Source: Thermoanaerobaculia bacterium
GTDB taxonomy: Bacteria; Acidobacteriota; Thermoanaerobaculia; Multivoradales; JAIOJS01
DNA length: 42,572 bases
Assembly: GCA_035546355.1 (NCBI GenBank)
Contig: DATKEH010000117.1
Span: 1-42,572, forward strand
Reading direction: 5' to 3'
Positions 34,294 to 42,572 of this stretch are shown here, piece by piece. Position numbers and translations under genes: made by a program. The notes beneath the pieces are model-generated. The model was given only the letters and a program-made list of their open reading frames with translations. It made no database searches and was not told the DNA's origin. Within the stretch, counting starts at the first letter, position 1; each line of letters begins with the position of its first letter.

Positions 34294-36206
34294 AGCAGCG
34301 GCGGCAGCGGGCAGTCCAACGCGTCGGCGACGGCGCGCAGCAGCTCCCCCTCGCGCACGGTCACCGTGCGGTCGTGGGCGACGGTGGCGGCGCAGGCGCT
34401 CAGCAGGTCGCGGCGGCGGCGCGGATGCACCCCCTCCAGCCGCTGCAGCGCCTCGTCCAGGCGGCGGAAGGTGACCTCGCCCGGCGGCAGCAGGGCGAGC
34501 TCTCCCGCCTGCCCGGCGAGAGCGGCGGCGGCGGCGGCGAAGGCGGCGGCGGCCGCAGCCGGGTCGTCATGCCCGACGTGGGCCAGCGCCGACAGCAGCA
34601 CGGCGCAGGGCTCCCCCAGGCGCTGCAGGGAATAGACGGCGACGGGCGGCCCCTTGCGCGGCGCGAACCAGGGGTCGAGGTGGCGCAGCAGCACCCGGTG
34701 CAGGGCGTACTCGAACAGCGACAGGCGCCGGTCGGCTCGCACCAGGCCCTCCACTCGCGAGCGGAACGCGGCGTACTGCGCCGCCGAGAGCTGGCGCAGG
34801 GCGGGCAGGGCGAGGTCCACCAGCGGCAGCCGGTGGGCGGCGGAGAGACCCGCCAGCTCCGGCGCCACCGCCGCCACCTCGGCGCGCAGCGCCGGGTCGT
34901 CGGCGAGCTGCGCCAGCTGCAGCCGGCGCACCTCCTCGTCGCCGTCGAGCAGCAGCGCCAGCATGACGGCACGGGCGGCGGCAGGCTCTCGCACCCGGCG
35001 GTCCAGCGCCGGCGGCAGGCCGGCGAGGAAGGCGGCGGCGTGCGCCACGTGCAGCGGGCCGGGGTTGCCGACGGCGGCGGGGAGGGCGGCGGGGTCGAGG
35101 GCGAGCCGATCCGGCGCCGCAGCGGCAGGCCCGGCAGCCGCCGCGTAGCTCGTCCCGGCCTGCTCCGCCGCCTGCCGCGCCCGCGAGGGCCGGGCCCGCC
35201 GCGGAAACTCCCCGTCGAACCGCGGGTCGAGCCGCCGGATGCGCTCGGCGAGGGGCGGGTGGGTCGCCGTCCAGCGCAGCAGGGCGCCGCCGACGCCGTT
35301 GGCGAAGTAGAGGTGGCTGGCCTCCTCGGCGCGCGGCGAGGCCAGCAGCGATCCCAGGGTCGTGCCGCCGATCTTCTGCAGCGCCCCGGCGATCCCCGAC
35401 GGGTCGCGGGTGAACTGCACCGCCGCGGCGTCGGCGAGGAACTCCCGCTGCCGCGACAACGCGCTCTTGATCAGCCGGCCGAAGAAGACCCCGACCCAGC
35501 CGATCACCAGCAGCGCCAGCCCGAAGAGGACGACGCCGCCCCCCTTGCCCCGGCGCTCGGAGGAGCCCGCGCGGCCGCCGCCGCGCAAGATCCAGTAGCC
35601 GATGAACGCGATCACCAGGATGCCGTGGAGCAGGCCCATCAGCCGCAGGTTGAGCCGCGTGTCGCCGTTGAGCAGGTGGCTGGTCTCGTGGCCGATCACC
35701 CCCTGCAGCTCGCTCCGCGTCAGCTGCTCGAGACAGCCGCGGGTGACGGCGATCACCGCGTCGTCGCGGCCCAAGCCGGCGGCGAAGGCGTTGATCGCCG
35801 ACTCCCGGTCGAGCAGGTAGACCGTCGGCACCGGCATGCCGGCGGCGAGGGTCATCTCCTCCACCACGTTGAGCAGCCGCCGCTCCGCCGGATCCTCGCT
35901 GTCGGGCGCCACCGGCCGGCCCCCCAGCAGGGAGGCCACCCCCTCGCCGCCGCCGCGTGCCAGCGCCGCGGTCTTGTACAGCGAGCCGCCGGCGATCACC
36001 GTCAGAGTGATGGCGCTGACCGCGGCCGCCAGCTCGGGCCGCCACCAGGGGACCCGTCCCACCTCGTCCCGCAGCCCGCCCTGGAGCAGCAGGGCCACCG
36101 CCGCCAGGTAGACGGCGGCCACCACCGCCACCACCGCCAGCGCGAAGAGCACCACCAGCCGGCGGGTGTTGCGGCGGGCGAGGTCCTGACTGCCGAAGAA
36201 GTCCAT
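34290..36206 (-). CDS. M48-family (HtpX-like) membrane metallopeptidase with long uncharacterised C-terminal domain
   Basis: 638 aa with N-terminal TM segments and the zinc motif VIGHETSHLLNGD (HExxH). Further TMs follow, then about 330 aa of A/L/R-rich sequence without a motif I recognise. It lies directly downstream of lemA. Confidence 0.85.
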   Translation of the reverse strand: MDFFGSQDLARRNTRRLVVLFALAVVAVVAAVYLAAVALLLQGGLRDEVGRVPWWRPELAAAVSAITLTVIAGGSLYKTAALARGGGEGVASLLGGRPVAPDSEDPAERRLLNVVEEMTLAAGMPVPTVYLLDRESAINAFAAGLGRDDAVIAVTRGCLEQLTRSELQGVIGHETSHLLNGDTRLNLRLMGLLHGILVIAFIGYWILRGGGRAGSSERRGKGGGVVLFGLALLVIGWVGVFFGRLIKSALSRQREFLADAAAVQFTRDPSGIAGALQKIGGTTLGSLLASPRAEEASHLYFANGVGGALLRWTATHPPLAERIRRLDPRFDGEFPRRARPSRARQAAEQAGTSYAAAAGPAAAAPDRLALDPAALPAAVGNPGPLHVAHAAAFLAGLPPALDRRVREPAAARAVMLALLLDGDEEVRRLQLAQLADDPALRAEVAAVAPELAGLSAAHRLPLVDLALPALRQLSAAQYAAFRSRVEGLVRADRRLSLFEYALHRVLLRHLDPWFAPRKGPPVAVYSLQRLGEPCAVLLSALAHVGHDDPAAAAAAFAAAAAALAGQAGELALLPPGEVTFRRLDEALQRLEGVHPRRRRDLLSACAATVAHDRTVTVREGELLRAVADALDCPLPPLL

Positions 36207-36213
36207 CGGGCGC

Positions 36214-36804
36214 TCAAGAGAAGCTGACCCGCGGCGCCTCCCGCTCCTCGGCGCGCTCGATCTCCAGCAGCCGCGCCTCCTGGAAGCCGAAGGCGCCGGC
36301 CACCAGCGCCGTGGGCATCGTCTCCCGCGCCGTGTTGTACTGCGTCACCGCGTCGTTGTAGGCCTGGCGGGTGAAGCTCACCTTGTTCTCGGTCGCCGTC
36401 AGCTCCTCGGTGAGCTGCATCATGTTCTGGTTGGCCTTGAGGTCGGGGTAGGCCTCCGACAGGGCGAAGAGGCGCCCGAGGGTGCCGGCGAGCCCGGCCT
36501 CGGCCACCGCCAGGTCCCGCATCGCCGCCGGGTCCCCGGGCTTCGCCGCCGCTCGCGCCTCGGCCGACGCGGCCTGATTGCGGGCGGAGATCACCGCCTC
36601 CAGCGTCTCCCGCTCGTGCTGCATGTAGGCCCGGGCGACCTCCACCAGGTTGGGGATCAGGTCGTAGCGCCGCTTGAGCTGCACGTCGATCTGGGCGAAG
36701 GCGTTCTTGTAGCGGTTGCGCAGCGTCACCAGCCGGTTGTACAGCCCGGTGAGCCAGGCGATGGCGGCGACCAGCACCACCAGGAGGACGATTGCTACCC
36801 ACAT
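36214..36804 (-). CDS. lemA: LemA-family protein
   Basis: 196 aa with an N-terminal TM (MWVAIVLLVVLVAAIAWL). It also has LYNRLVTLRNRYKNAFAQIDVQLKRRYDLIPNLVE and YPDLKANQNMMQL, which are classic LemA motifs. The SD GGAGGTG lies 5 nt upstream. Confidence 0.92.
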   Translation of the reverse strand: MWVAIVLLVVLVAAIAWLTGLYNRLVTLRNRYKNAFAQIDVQLKRRYDLIPNLVEVARAYMQHERETLEAVISARNQAASAEARAAAKPGDPAAMRDLAVAEAGLAGTLGRLFALSEAYPDLKANQNMMQLTEELTATENKVSFTRQAYNDAVTQYNTARETMPTALVAGAFGFQEARLLEIERAEEREAPRVSFS

Positions 36805-36925
36805 CGCGCCACCTCCGAGAAGGGGATTGGAAGTTGGAGATGCGCCGCAGCGCTCTCCCCGCTACCTACTCGCCAGCGGCCTCGCCGATTCCCTGCCACG
36901 CCGCCGGCTCGCGGCGCCGACCCCC

Positions 36926-39900
36926 TCATCGGGCCAGCTGCTGCAGCTGATGATCGGCGACGGTGAGCATCGCCAGGTCGACGTCGGCGGCCCCGCGCAG
37001 CTCCTCGACCAGGCGCAGGGTGCGCTGCACGGCGGGCAGATGGGCCTCGGTCCACGCCTCGATGGCGCGCCGCCAGGGGGTGTCGGCCCCCTCGCCGGCG
37101 AGCGCCTGGCGGGTGATGGCCGATTGATGCAGGTAGAGGTCGTCCTGCAGCATCTCGACCGCCGACTGCTGCCAGGCGGTCTCGGCCTTGAGCCGCGCCG
37201 CCGCGCCGCGCAACCACTCGAGCCCGAAGCGCTCGCCGAGGGCGAAGTAGATGCGCGCCACCCGCTCGACGTCGTTGCCGCTGTCCACCGCCAGCCGCAC
37301 GATGTCGACGCCGGCGGCCAGGTCGCGCAGCGCCGCCACCTGCAGGGCGAGCTTCTCGGGCACGCCCTCACGAGTGTATTCGCGGGCGCGGCGGCGCAAC
37401 TCGCGGCGGGCGCCGCCGGGCAGCAGCGGCTCGAGGTCGCGCGACAGCTGGCGCAGCGCCGGCCGGAAGACCGCCACCACCTTCGACACCTCCAGCGGCC
37501 GCTCGCAGCGGCGCAGGAACCACAGGGTCACGTGCTCGGTGAGCCGGCTCGCCGCCAGCAGCATGCGCAGCTGCACCGCGGCGGGGACGCGGTTGTCGAG
37601 GGCCTCCACCGCCTCCCACAGGCGCCGCAGGTCGAAGGCGTCGCGGGTGATGGTGTAGGCGCGCGCCACGTCGCGGGCGTCGCGGCCGGAGGCCTCCATC
37701 ATGCCGTAGACGAACGTCGGCCCCACCCGGTTCACCGTCGAGTTGGTGATGTAGGTGGCGACGATCTCCCGCCGTAGCCGGTGCCCCGCGATCGCCTCGG
37801 GGAAGGCGCGCTGCAGCGGCTGCGGGAAGTAGCGGTGCAGGTCCTCGGCGAGCAGCGGGTCGTCGGGGAGGTCGGAGGCCAGCAGGTCCTCGTAGAGAGC
37901 GATCTTCGCGTAGGCCAGCAGCACCGCCAGCTCGGGCCGGGTGAGGCCGCGCCGCTGCGCCGCCCGCTGGGCGATTTCCTCGTCGTCGGGCAGCCCCTCC
38001 AACCGGCGGTCCAGACGCCCCGCCCGTTCCAGCGCCCGCACCATCCGCGTCTGCTGGTCGAGCAGCTCGGCCCCCCGCGTCTCGGTCAGCGACAGCGCCT
38101 GCGTCTGCAGGTAGTTGTCGCGCAGCACCAGCGCCCCGACCTGCGCCGTCATCTCCTCGAGCAGGGCGTTGCGCGCGGCGAGGTCGAGCTCCCCGGCGCG
38201 CAGGGGCTCGTTGAGGGCGATCTTGATGTTGACCTCGTGATCGGAGGTGTCCACGCCGCCGGAGTTGTCGATGGCATCGGTGTTGATCTTGCCGCCGGCC
38301 AGCGCGAGCTCCACCCTGGCGCGCTGGGTGAAGCCGAGGTTGGCGCCCTCGCCGACCACCTTGCAGCGCAGTTGCGGGGCATCGACCCGGATCGGGTCGT
38401 TGGCGCGGTCGCCGACGTCGCCGTGGCGCTCCTCCGCGCCCTTGACGAAGGTGCCGATGCCGCCCAGCCACAGCAGGTCGACCGGCGCCGCGAGCAGCGC
38501 CCGGATCAGCTCGTTGGGCGTCACCTGCTCCTCGTACAGGCCGAGCAGCACTTGCGCCTCCTCCGCCAGCGGCACCGCCTTGGCGCTGCGCTCGAACACC
38601 CCGCCGCCCGGCGAGAGGCGCTGGCGATCGTAGTCGGCCCACGTCGAGCGCGGCAGGGCGAACAGGCGCTGGCGCTCGCGGAAGGAGGCGGCCGGGTCGG
38701 GATCGGGGTCGAGGAAGACGTGCTGGTGGTTGAAGGCGCCGACCAGCTTGACGTGGCGCGACAGCAGCATGCCGTTGCCGAACACGTCCCCCGCCATGTC
38801 GCCCACGCCGACGACGGTGAAGTCCTCCTTCTGCACGTCCCTGCCGAGCTCGCGGAAGTGCCGCTTGACCGCCTCCCAGGCGCCGCGGGCGGTGATGCCC
38901 ATCTTCTTGTGGTCGTAACCGGCCGAGCCGCCGGACGCGAAGGCGTCGCCGAGCCAGAAGCCGTACTCCGCCGCCACCCCGTTGGCGATGTCGGAAAAGG
39001 TCGCCGTGCCCTTGTCGGCCGCCACCACCAGGTAGGTGTCGTCGCCGTCGCGCCGCACCACCTGCGGCGGCCGCACCACCTCTCCCCCAACCAGGTTGTC
39101 GGTCAAGTCGAGCATGCCGCGGATCAGGGTCTTGTAGCACTCGACCCCTTCGGCCAGCAGCGCTTCGCGGCCGCCGGCCGGCGGCTGCTTGACCACGAAG
39201 CCGCCCTTGGCGCCCACCGGCACGATGACGGCGTTCTTGACCATCTGCGCCTTGAGCAGCCCGAGGATCTCGGTGCGGAAGTCTTCGCGGCGGTCCGACC
39301 AGCGGATGCCGCCCCGCGCCACCTTGCCGCCGCGCAGGTGGATGCCCTCGACGCGCGGCGAGTAGACGAAGATCTCGGCCCACGGGCGCGGCGAGGGCAG
39401 GTCGCGGATGGCCCCGCTGTCGAGCTTGAACGACAGGTAGGGCTTGCGCTGGCCGGCCGCGTCGGTCTGGAAGTGATTGGTGCGCACGGTCGCCTTGATC
39501 ACCGACAGGAAGCCGCGCAGGATGCGGTCCTGGTCGAGGCTCTCGACGTCCTCGAGGCGCTGCTGGATCTCGGCCAGGATGGCGGCGGCGCGGGCGGCCC
39601 GGTCGTCCTGCCGCGCCGGGTCGAACTGGGCATCGAACAGCGCGAGCAGCCGCCGCGCCAGCTCGGCGTTGCGCACCAGCGTCTGGGCCATGTAGCGCTG
39701 CGAGAAGGTGACGCCGATCTGCCGCAGGTAGCGGCTGTAGGCGCGCAGCACCACCACCTGGTGCCACTGCAGGCCGCAGCACAACACCAGGCGGTTGAGG
39801 ATGCCGTTCTCGATCTCGCCCCCCCACACCCGCCGCAGCGTCTCCTCGAGCTCCTCGCGGGTGTCGTCCAGCGGGATGGGGCGGGCGTCGGCGGCACGCA

Positions 39901-41746
39901 GCTCGAAGTCGTGGATCCACAGCGGCGGCGCGCCGGCGCGGGTGATCTCGAAAGGCACCTCCGCCTCCACCCACACGCCGAGGTTCTCCAGCACCGGCAG
40001 GGCGTCGGACAGCGCCAGGTGGCGGCCGGCCTGGTAGAGCTTGAGGTGCACCGTGTCCTCGCTCGCTCCGCGCGGGCGGTACAGCCGGGCGTCGAAGCCC
40101 GTCGCCTGGCGCTCCAGGCGCTCCATCACCGCGATGTCCGGCAGCGCCTCCTTGGCCGGGAAGCGCTCGCGGTAGCCCACCGGAAACGCCCGCCCCCAGG
40201 TCTGCAGGCGGGACAGGCCCTCCTCCTCGCCGAGCCCGCCGACCAGGTGCTCGCGCAGGTGGTCCTGCCACGAGCGCGCCGCCTCGGCGAGCTCCTCCTC
40301 CAGCGCCTTGAGATCGTAGGGCGGGATCTCGCCGGGCGTGGTCTTGACGATGTAGTGGGTGCGGGCGAGCGGCGCGTCGGCCATCTGGGTGTAGAAGGCG
40401 GTGACCTTGCCGCCGAAGGCCTGCTCGAGGATCTCCTGCATGCGCTGGCGCAGCTCGTAGGTGTAGCGCTCGCGCGGCACGTAGACCAGCGCCGAGGCGA
40501 AGCGCTCGAACTGGTCGCGGCGCACGAACAGCGCCACCCGCTGGCGCTGCTGCAGCTGCAGGATGCCGAGGGTCATGCGGAACAGGTCGTCCTCGGCGAT
40601 CTGGAACAGCTCGTCGCGCGGAAAGCTCTCCAGGATGTGGAGCAGGGCCTTGGCGTCGTGGCTGCGCGGGGCGAAGGCGGTGCGCTCCTGGATGCGCCGC
40701 ACCTTGCGCCGCAGCACCGGGATGGTCTGGGCGCTGATCGAGTAGACCGTCGAGGTGAACAGGCCGAGGAAGCGGTCCTCGCCGATCACCTCGCCGCGCT
40801 CGTCGAAGCGGCGGATGCCGATCGAGTCCATGTGCACCGGGCGGTGCACCGGCGAGCGGCGGCTCGACTTGGTGAGGATCAGCAGCTCCTGGCGCCGCAG
40901 AAAGCTCACCAGGTACGGCGGCAGCGCCGCCGCGCTGCGCTGCTCCGCGTCCTCGGTGGCCCGGCGCAGCAGCCCCAGCCCCGAGCCGGGGTCGAGCCGC
41001 AGGCGCGTCTCGTCGCCCTCCTCGACCAGGTCGTAGCGCCGGTAGCCGAGGAAGCTGAAGTGGTGGTCGAGCAGCCAGTCGAGAAAGGCGCGCGACTCGT
41101 CGAGCTCGCCCGGCTCGACCGGCGGCGGCTGGTCCCCCCAGCGCCCCACCACCTCCTCCACCTTGGCCTGCATGGCGCCCCAGTCCTCCACCACCACGCG
41201 CACCTGCGCCAGCACCTCCCGCAGCGTCGCCTCCAGCTCTTCGAGACCGGCGGCGCCCCCCGTCTCGCGGTCGATCTCGAGGTGCATCCAGGACTCCGCC
41301 GCCCCCTCGCCGGCCGCCACCAGCCGCTCCAGCTCGCCCGCCGCGTCCCGCTCCACCCACAGCACCGGGTGCAGCACCTGGTGGATGCGGCGCTCGCGCC
41401 GGTGCAGCTCGCCGGTGAGCGAGGCGAGCAGGAAGGGCATGTCGTCGTTGACCACCTGCACCACGGTGTGGTCCGAGCCCCAGCCGCCGGCGCCGTCGGC
41501 GGGGTTGAACACCCGCATCTCCACCTGCCGCGGCAGCCGGCGCTGGCCGAGCGCCCACAGCTCGCGCACCGCCCCCACCAGCTGCTCCCGCGGCCGCTCG
41601 CGCAGCTCCTCGGGAGGCAGGTTGACGTAGCAGCGCCGCAGCAGCTCGGCAGCAGCGGCGGCCTGGCCGGCGGGTAGCGCCGCCGCCAGCTCCTCGGCCA
41701 GGCGCTCGATCAGGCCGTCGGGCAGGGTGGTGCCGGTGACCGTCAT
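36926..41746 (-). CDS. gdhB: Large NAD-specific glutamate dehydrogenase (about 180-kDa GdhB class)
   Basis: About 1606 aa with the bacterial NAD-GDH core (GGIRWSDRREDFRTEILGLLKAQMVKNAVIVPVGAKGGF, VVAADKGTATFSD, GGSAGYDHKKMGITA). I take ATG 41746 (MTVTGTTLPDG). The track start at 41812 adds 22 poorly coding residues. Confidence 0.93.
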   Translation of the reverse strand: MTVTGTTLPDGLIERLAEELAAALPAGQAAAAAELLRRCYVNLPPEELRERPREQLVGAVRELWALGQRRLPRQVEMRVFNPADGAGGWGSDHTVVQVVNDDMPFLLASLTGELHRRERRIHQVLHPVLWVERDAAGELERLVAAGEGAAESWMHLEIDRETGGAAGLEELEATLREVLAQVRVVVEDWGAMQAKVEEVVGRWGDQPPPVEPGELDESRAFLDWLLDHHFSFLGYRRYDLVEEGDETRLRLDPGSGLGLLRRATEDAEQRSAAALPPYLVSFLRRQELLILTKSSRRSPVHRPVHMDSIGIRRFDERGEVIGEDRFLGLFTSTVYSISAQTIPVLRRKVRRIQERTAFAPRSHDAKALLHILESFPRDELFQIAEDDLFRMTLGILQLQQRQRVALFVRRDQFERFASALVYVPRERYTYELRQRMQEILEQAFGGKVTAFYTQMADAPLARTHYIVKTTPGEIPPYDLKALEEELAEAARSWQDHLREHLVGGLGEEEGLSRLQTWGRAFPVGYRERFPAKEALPDIAVMERLERQATGFDARLYRPRGASEDTVHLKLYQAGRHLALSDALPVLENLGVWVEAEVPFEITRAGAPPLWIHDFELRAADARPIPLDDTREELEETLRRVWGGEIENGILNRLVLCCGLQWHQVVVLRAYSRYLRQIGVTFSQRYMAQTLVRNAELARRLLALFDAQFDPARQDDRAARAAAILAEIQQRLEDVESLDQDRILRGFLSVIKATVRTNHFQTDAAGQRKPYLSFKLDSGAIRDLPSPRPWAEIFVYSPRVEGIHLRGGKVARGGIRWSDRREDFRTEILGLLKAQMVKNAVIVPVGAKGGFVVKQPPAGGREALLAEGVECYKTLIRGMLDLTDNLVGGEVVRPPQVVRRDGDDTYLVVAADKGTATFSDIANGVAAEYGFWLGDAFASGGSAGYDHKKMGITARGAWEAVKRHFRELGRDVQKEDFTVVGVGDMAGDVFGNGMLLSRHVKLVGAFNHQHVFLDPDPDPAASFRERQRLFALPRSTWADYDRQRLSPGGGVFERSAKAVPLAEEAQVLLGLYEEQVTPNELIRALLAAPVDLLWLGGIGTFVKGAEERHGDVGDRANDPIRVDAPQLRCKVVGEGANLGFTQRARVELALAGGKINTDAIDNSGGVDTSDHEVNIKIALNEPLRAGELDLAARNALLEEMTAQVGALVLRDNYLQTQALSLTETRGAELLDQQTRMVRALERAGRLDRRLEGLPDDEEIAQRAAQRRGLTRPELAVLLAYAKIALYEDLLASDLPDDPLLAEDLHRYFPQPLQRAFPEAIAGHRLRREIVATYITNSTVNRVGPTFVYGMMEASGRDARDVARAYTITRDAFDLRRLWEAVEALDNRVPAAVQLRMLLAASRLTEHVTLWFLRRCERPLEVSKVVAVFRPALRQLSRDLEPLLPGGARRELRRRAREYTREGVPEKLALQVAALRDLAAGVDIVRLAVDSGNDVERVARIYFALGERFGLEWLRGAAARLKAETAWQQSAVEMLQDDLYLHQSAITRQALAGEGADTPWRRAIEAWTEAHLPAVQRTLRLVEELRGAADVDLAMLTVADHQLQQLAR

Positions 41747-41756
41747 GGCGCAGGAC

Positions 41757-41762
41757 AGCCTA
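41757..41762 (-). promoter_or_regulatory. -10-like hexamer TAGGCT, 10 nt upstream of the gdhB ATG 41746
   Basis: The minus strand reads TGCGATAGGCT-GTCCTGCGCC-ATG. Confidence 0.2.
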
Positions 41763-41802
41763 TCGCAGGCGCTGCCCCCCGGCGGCGGCCGGGGCCTGGC
41801 GA

Positions 41803-41831
41803 TTGACAGCACCGCCGCCGCTGGTCAGCAT
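41803..41831 (+). promoter_or_regulatory. Sigma70-like promoter candidate: consensus -35 TTGACA, 17-nt spacer, -10 CAGCAT
   Basis: TTGACA lies at 41803-41808 and CAGCAT at 41826-41831, 15 nt before ATG 41847. Confidence 0.3.
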
Positions 41832-41846
41832 AGCCGCCGTCCGCCC

Positions 41847-42473
41847 ATGACCGACTCCTCCCCCCAGGCGCTGACCCTGAGCGTCGTCGTCCCCGTGTAC
41901 GACGAACGCTACCTGGTCGGGGAGCTGCTGCGGCGCGTGCTGGCGGTCGAGGTCGAGGGGGTGGCGGCCCTGGACTACCTGCGCAACCACGCCACCGGCA
42001 AGCCCTACCTCGAGGTGGCGCGGGTCGACCTCGAACGGCGCGAGGACTTCGCCTCGCTGGCGGGGCAGTTCGACACCGCCATCTGCCTCAACGTCCTCGA
42101 GCACGTCGCCGACCCGCGGGCGGCGCTCGCGCACCTCGCCTCCGCGCTGGTGCCCGGCGGCCGGCTGCTGCTCTACGTGCCGCGGGGCCAGGGGCTGTAC
42201 TCGCGCCTCGACGAGCTGCTCGGCCACCGCTGCCGCTACTCGGCCGGCGAGCTGCGCCGCCAGCTCGAGGGCGCCGGCCTCACCGTCGAGTCTCTCCGCC
42301 CCTTCAACCGCGCCGGCACCCCGGGCTGGTGGCTCAACGGCAAGGTGCTGCGCCGCCGCCACTTCGGCCGCCTGCAGCTCAAGGCCTTCGACTGGGCGGT
42401 GCCGGTGCTGCGCCGGATCGACCGCTTCCTGCCCTGGCCGGGCCTGGGGCTGATGGCGGTGGCGCGGCGGTGA
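41847..42473 (+). CDS. Fusion remnant: GT2 glycosyltransferase N-terminus (about 35 aa) joined in frame to the C-terminal two-thirds of a class I methyltransferase; possibly non-functional
   Basis: 208 aa counted from ATG 41847. LTLSVVVPVYDERYLVGELLRRVLAV is a typical GT2 opening. The sequence then jumps to mid-methyltransferase (LDYLRN..FDTAICLNVLEHVADP..LVPGGRLLLYVP..GHRCRYS). There is no GxGxG SAM motif I and no GT2 DxD region. Confidence 0.5.
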   Translation: MTDSSPQALTLSVVVPVYDERYLVGELLRRVLAVEVEGVAALDYLRNHATGKPYLEVARVDLERREDFASLAGQFDTAICLNVLEHVADPRAALAHLASALVPGGRLLLYVPRGQGLYSRLDELLGHRCRYSAGELRRQLEGAGLTVESLRPFNRAGTPGWWLNGKVLRRRHFGRLQLKAFDWAVPVLRRIDRFLPWPGLGLMAVARR

Positions 42474-42572
42474 GGCCTGATCCCCGCCTCGGTGCCCGGC
42501 TCCACCACGAGCTGCGCGCCGGCTGGAGTAGTATCCGTTCGACTACCGCACACCGGCTTCCGGCGCCTGCGG

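Noticed and set aside
37781-41677. 1298-aa ORF on the plus strand antisense to gdhB, with other long ORFs in the same region (37368..41558 minus strand, off-frame)
   Set aside because: The composition is dominated by R/A/G/L/P/Q runs with no recognisable motif. It lies exactly opposite a gene with unmistakable NAD-GDH motifs. Long stop-free shadow frames are expected in DNA this GC-rich.
41747-41812. gdhB start at 41812 as given in the ORF track
   Set aside because: The extra 22 residues (MLSIARPRPPPGGSACDRLSCA) contain rare codons and would place the start within the divergent promoter (TTGACA at 41803-41808). ATG 41746 gives a typical N-terminus and has a -10-like hexamer 10 nt upstream.

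Overview
Very GC-rich (by eye about 70% or more), densely packed chromosomal segment from a diderm bacterium. There is no rRNA or tRNA in the window to place it taxonomically. All calls come from reading the supplied translations and the DNA by eye; no searches were run. I support 38 protein-coding regions, one of them a low-confidence 53-codon small ORF, and see no RNA genes, CRISPR array, transposase, integrase or prophage signal. Gene order is as follows. Minus strand: a truncated LPS-kinase-family gene, rng, rodA, mrdA, mreD, mreC, mreB and a FecR-domain envelope protein. Plus strand: ppiD, a PLP transsulfuration enzyme, ruvA, ruvB and a DAG-kinase-like lipid kinase. Minus strand: a B12-type radical SAM gene, folA, thyA, a DCC thiol-disulfide oxidoreductase, then a phenolic-lipid cluster reading membrane protein, type III PKS, ICMT-like methyltransferase, ACP, fatty acyl-AMP ligase and flavoprotein. 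Divergent from that cluster on the plus strand is a four-gene, start/stop-overlapped operon: ArsM-type As(III) methyltransferase, SPASM-like radical SAM, atypical metallophosphoesterase and flavoprotein. The remainder is lhgO (-), hemH (+), a HAD phosphatase and M23 peptidase (-), a DUF547 protein (+), a methyltransferase-M48 peptidase-LemA unit (-), the giant NAD-glutamate dehydrogenase gdhB (-) and an apparently internally deleted GT2/methyltransferase gene (+). The most interesting candidate is the ArsM operon. It has no resistance genes around it and matches neither ArsM plus radical SAM pairing I know of (ArsS arsenosugar, ArsL arsinothricin). It also shares a 164-bp divergent control region with the lipid-building PKS cluster. 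Secondary observations are AT-rich -10-like hexamers placed 6-11 nt before several start codons (leaderless-type architecture), an 11-bp perfect tandem duplication over the ruvA stop, and convergent gene pairs that overlap instead of leaving terminator space. The many long R/A/G/P-rich ORFs in the track are GC-driven shadow frames and are rejected.
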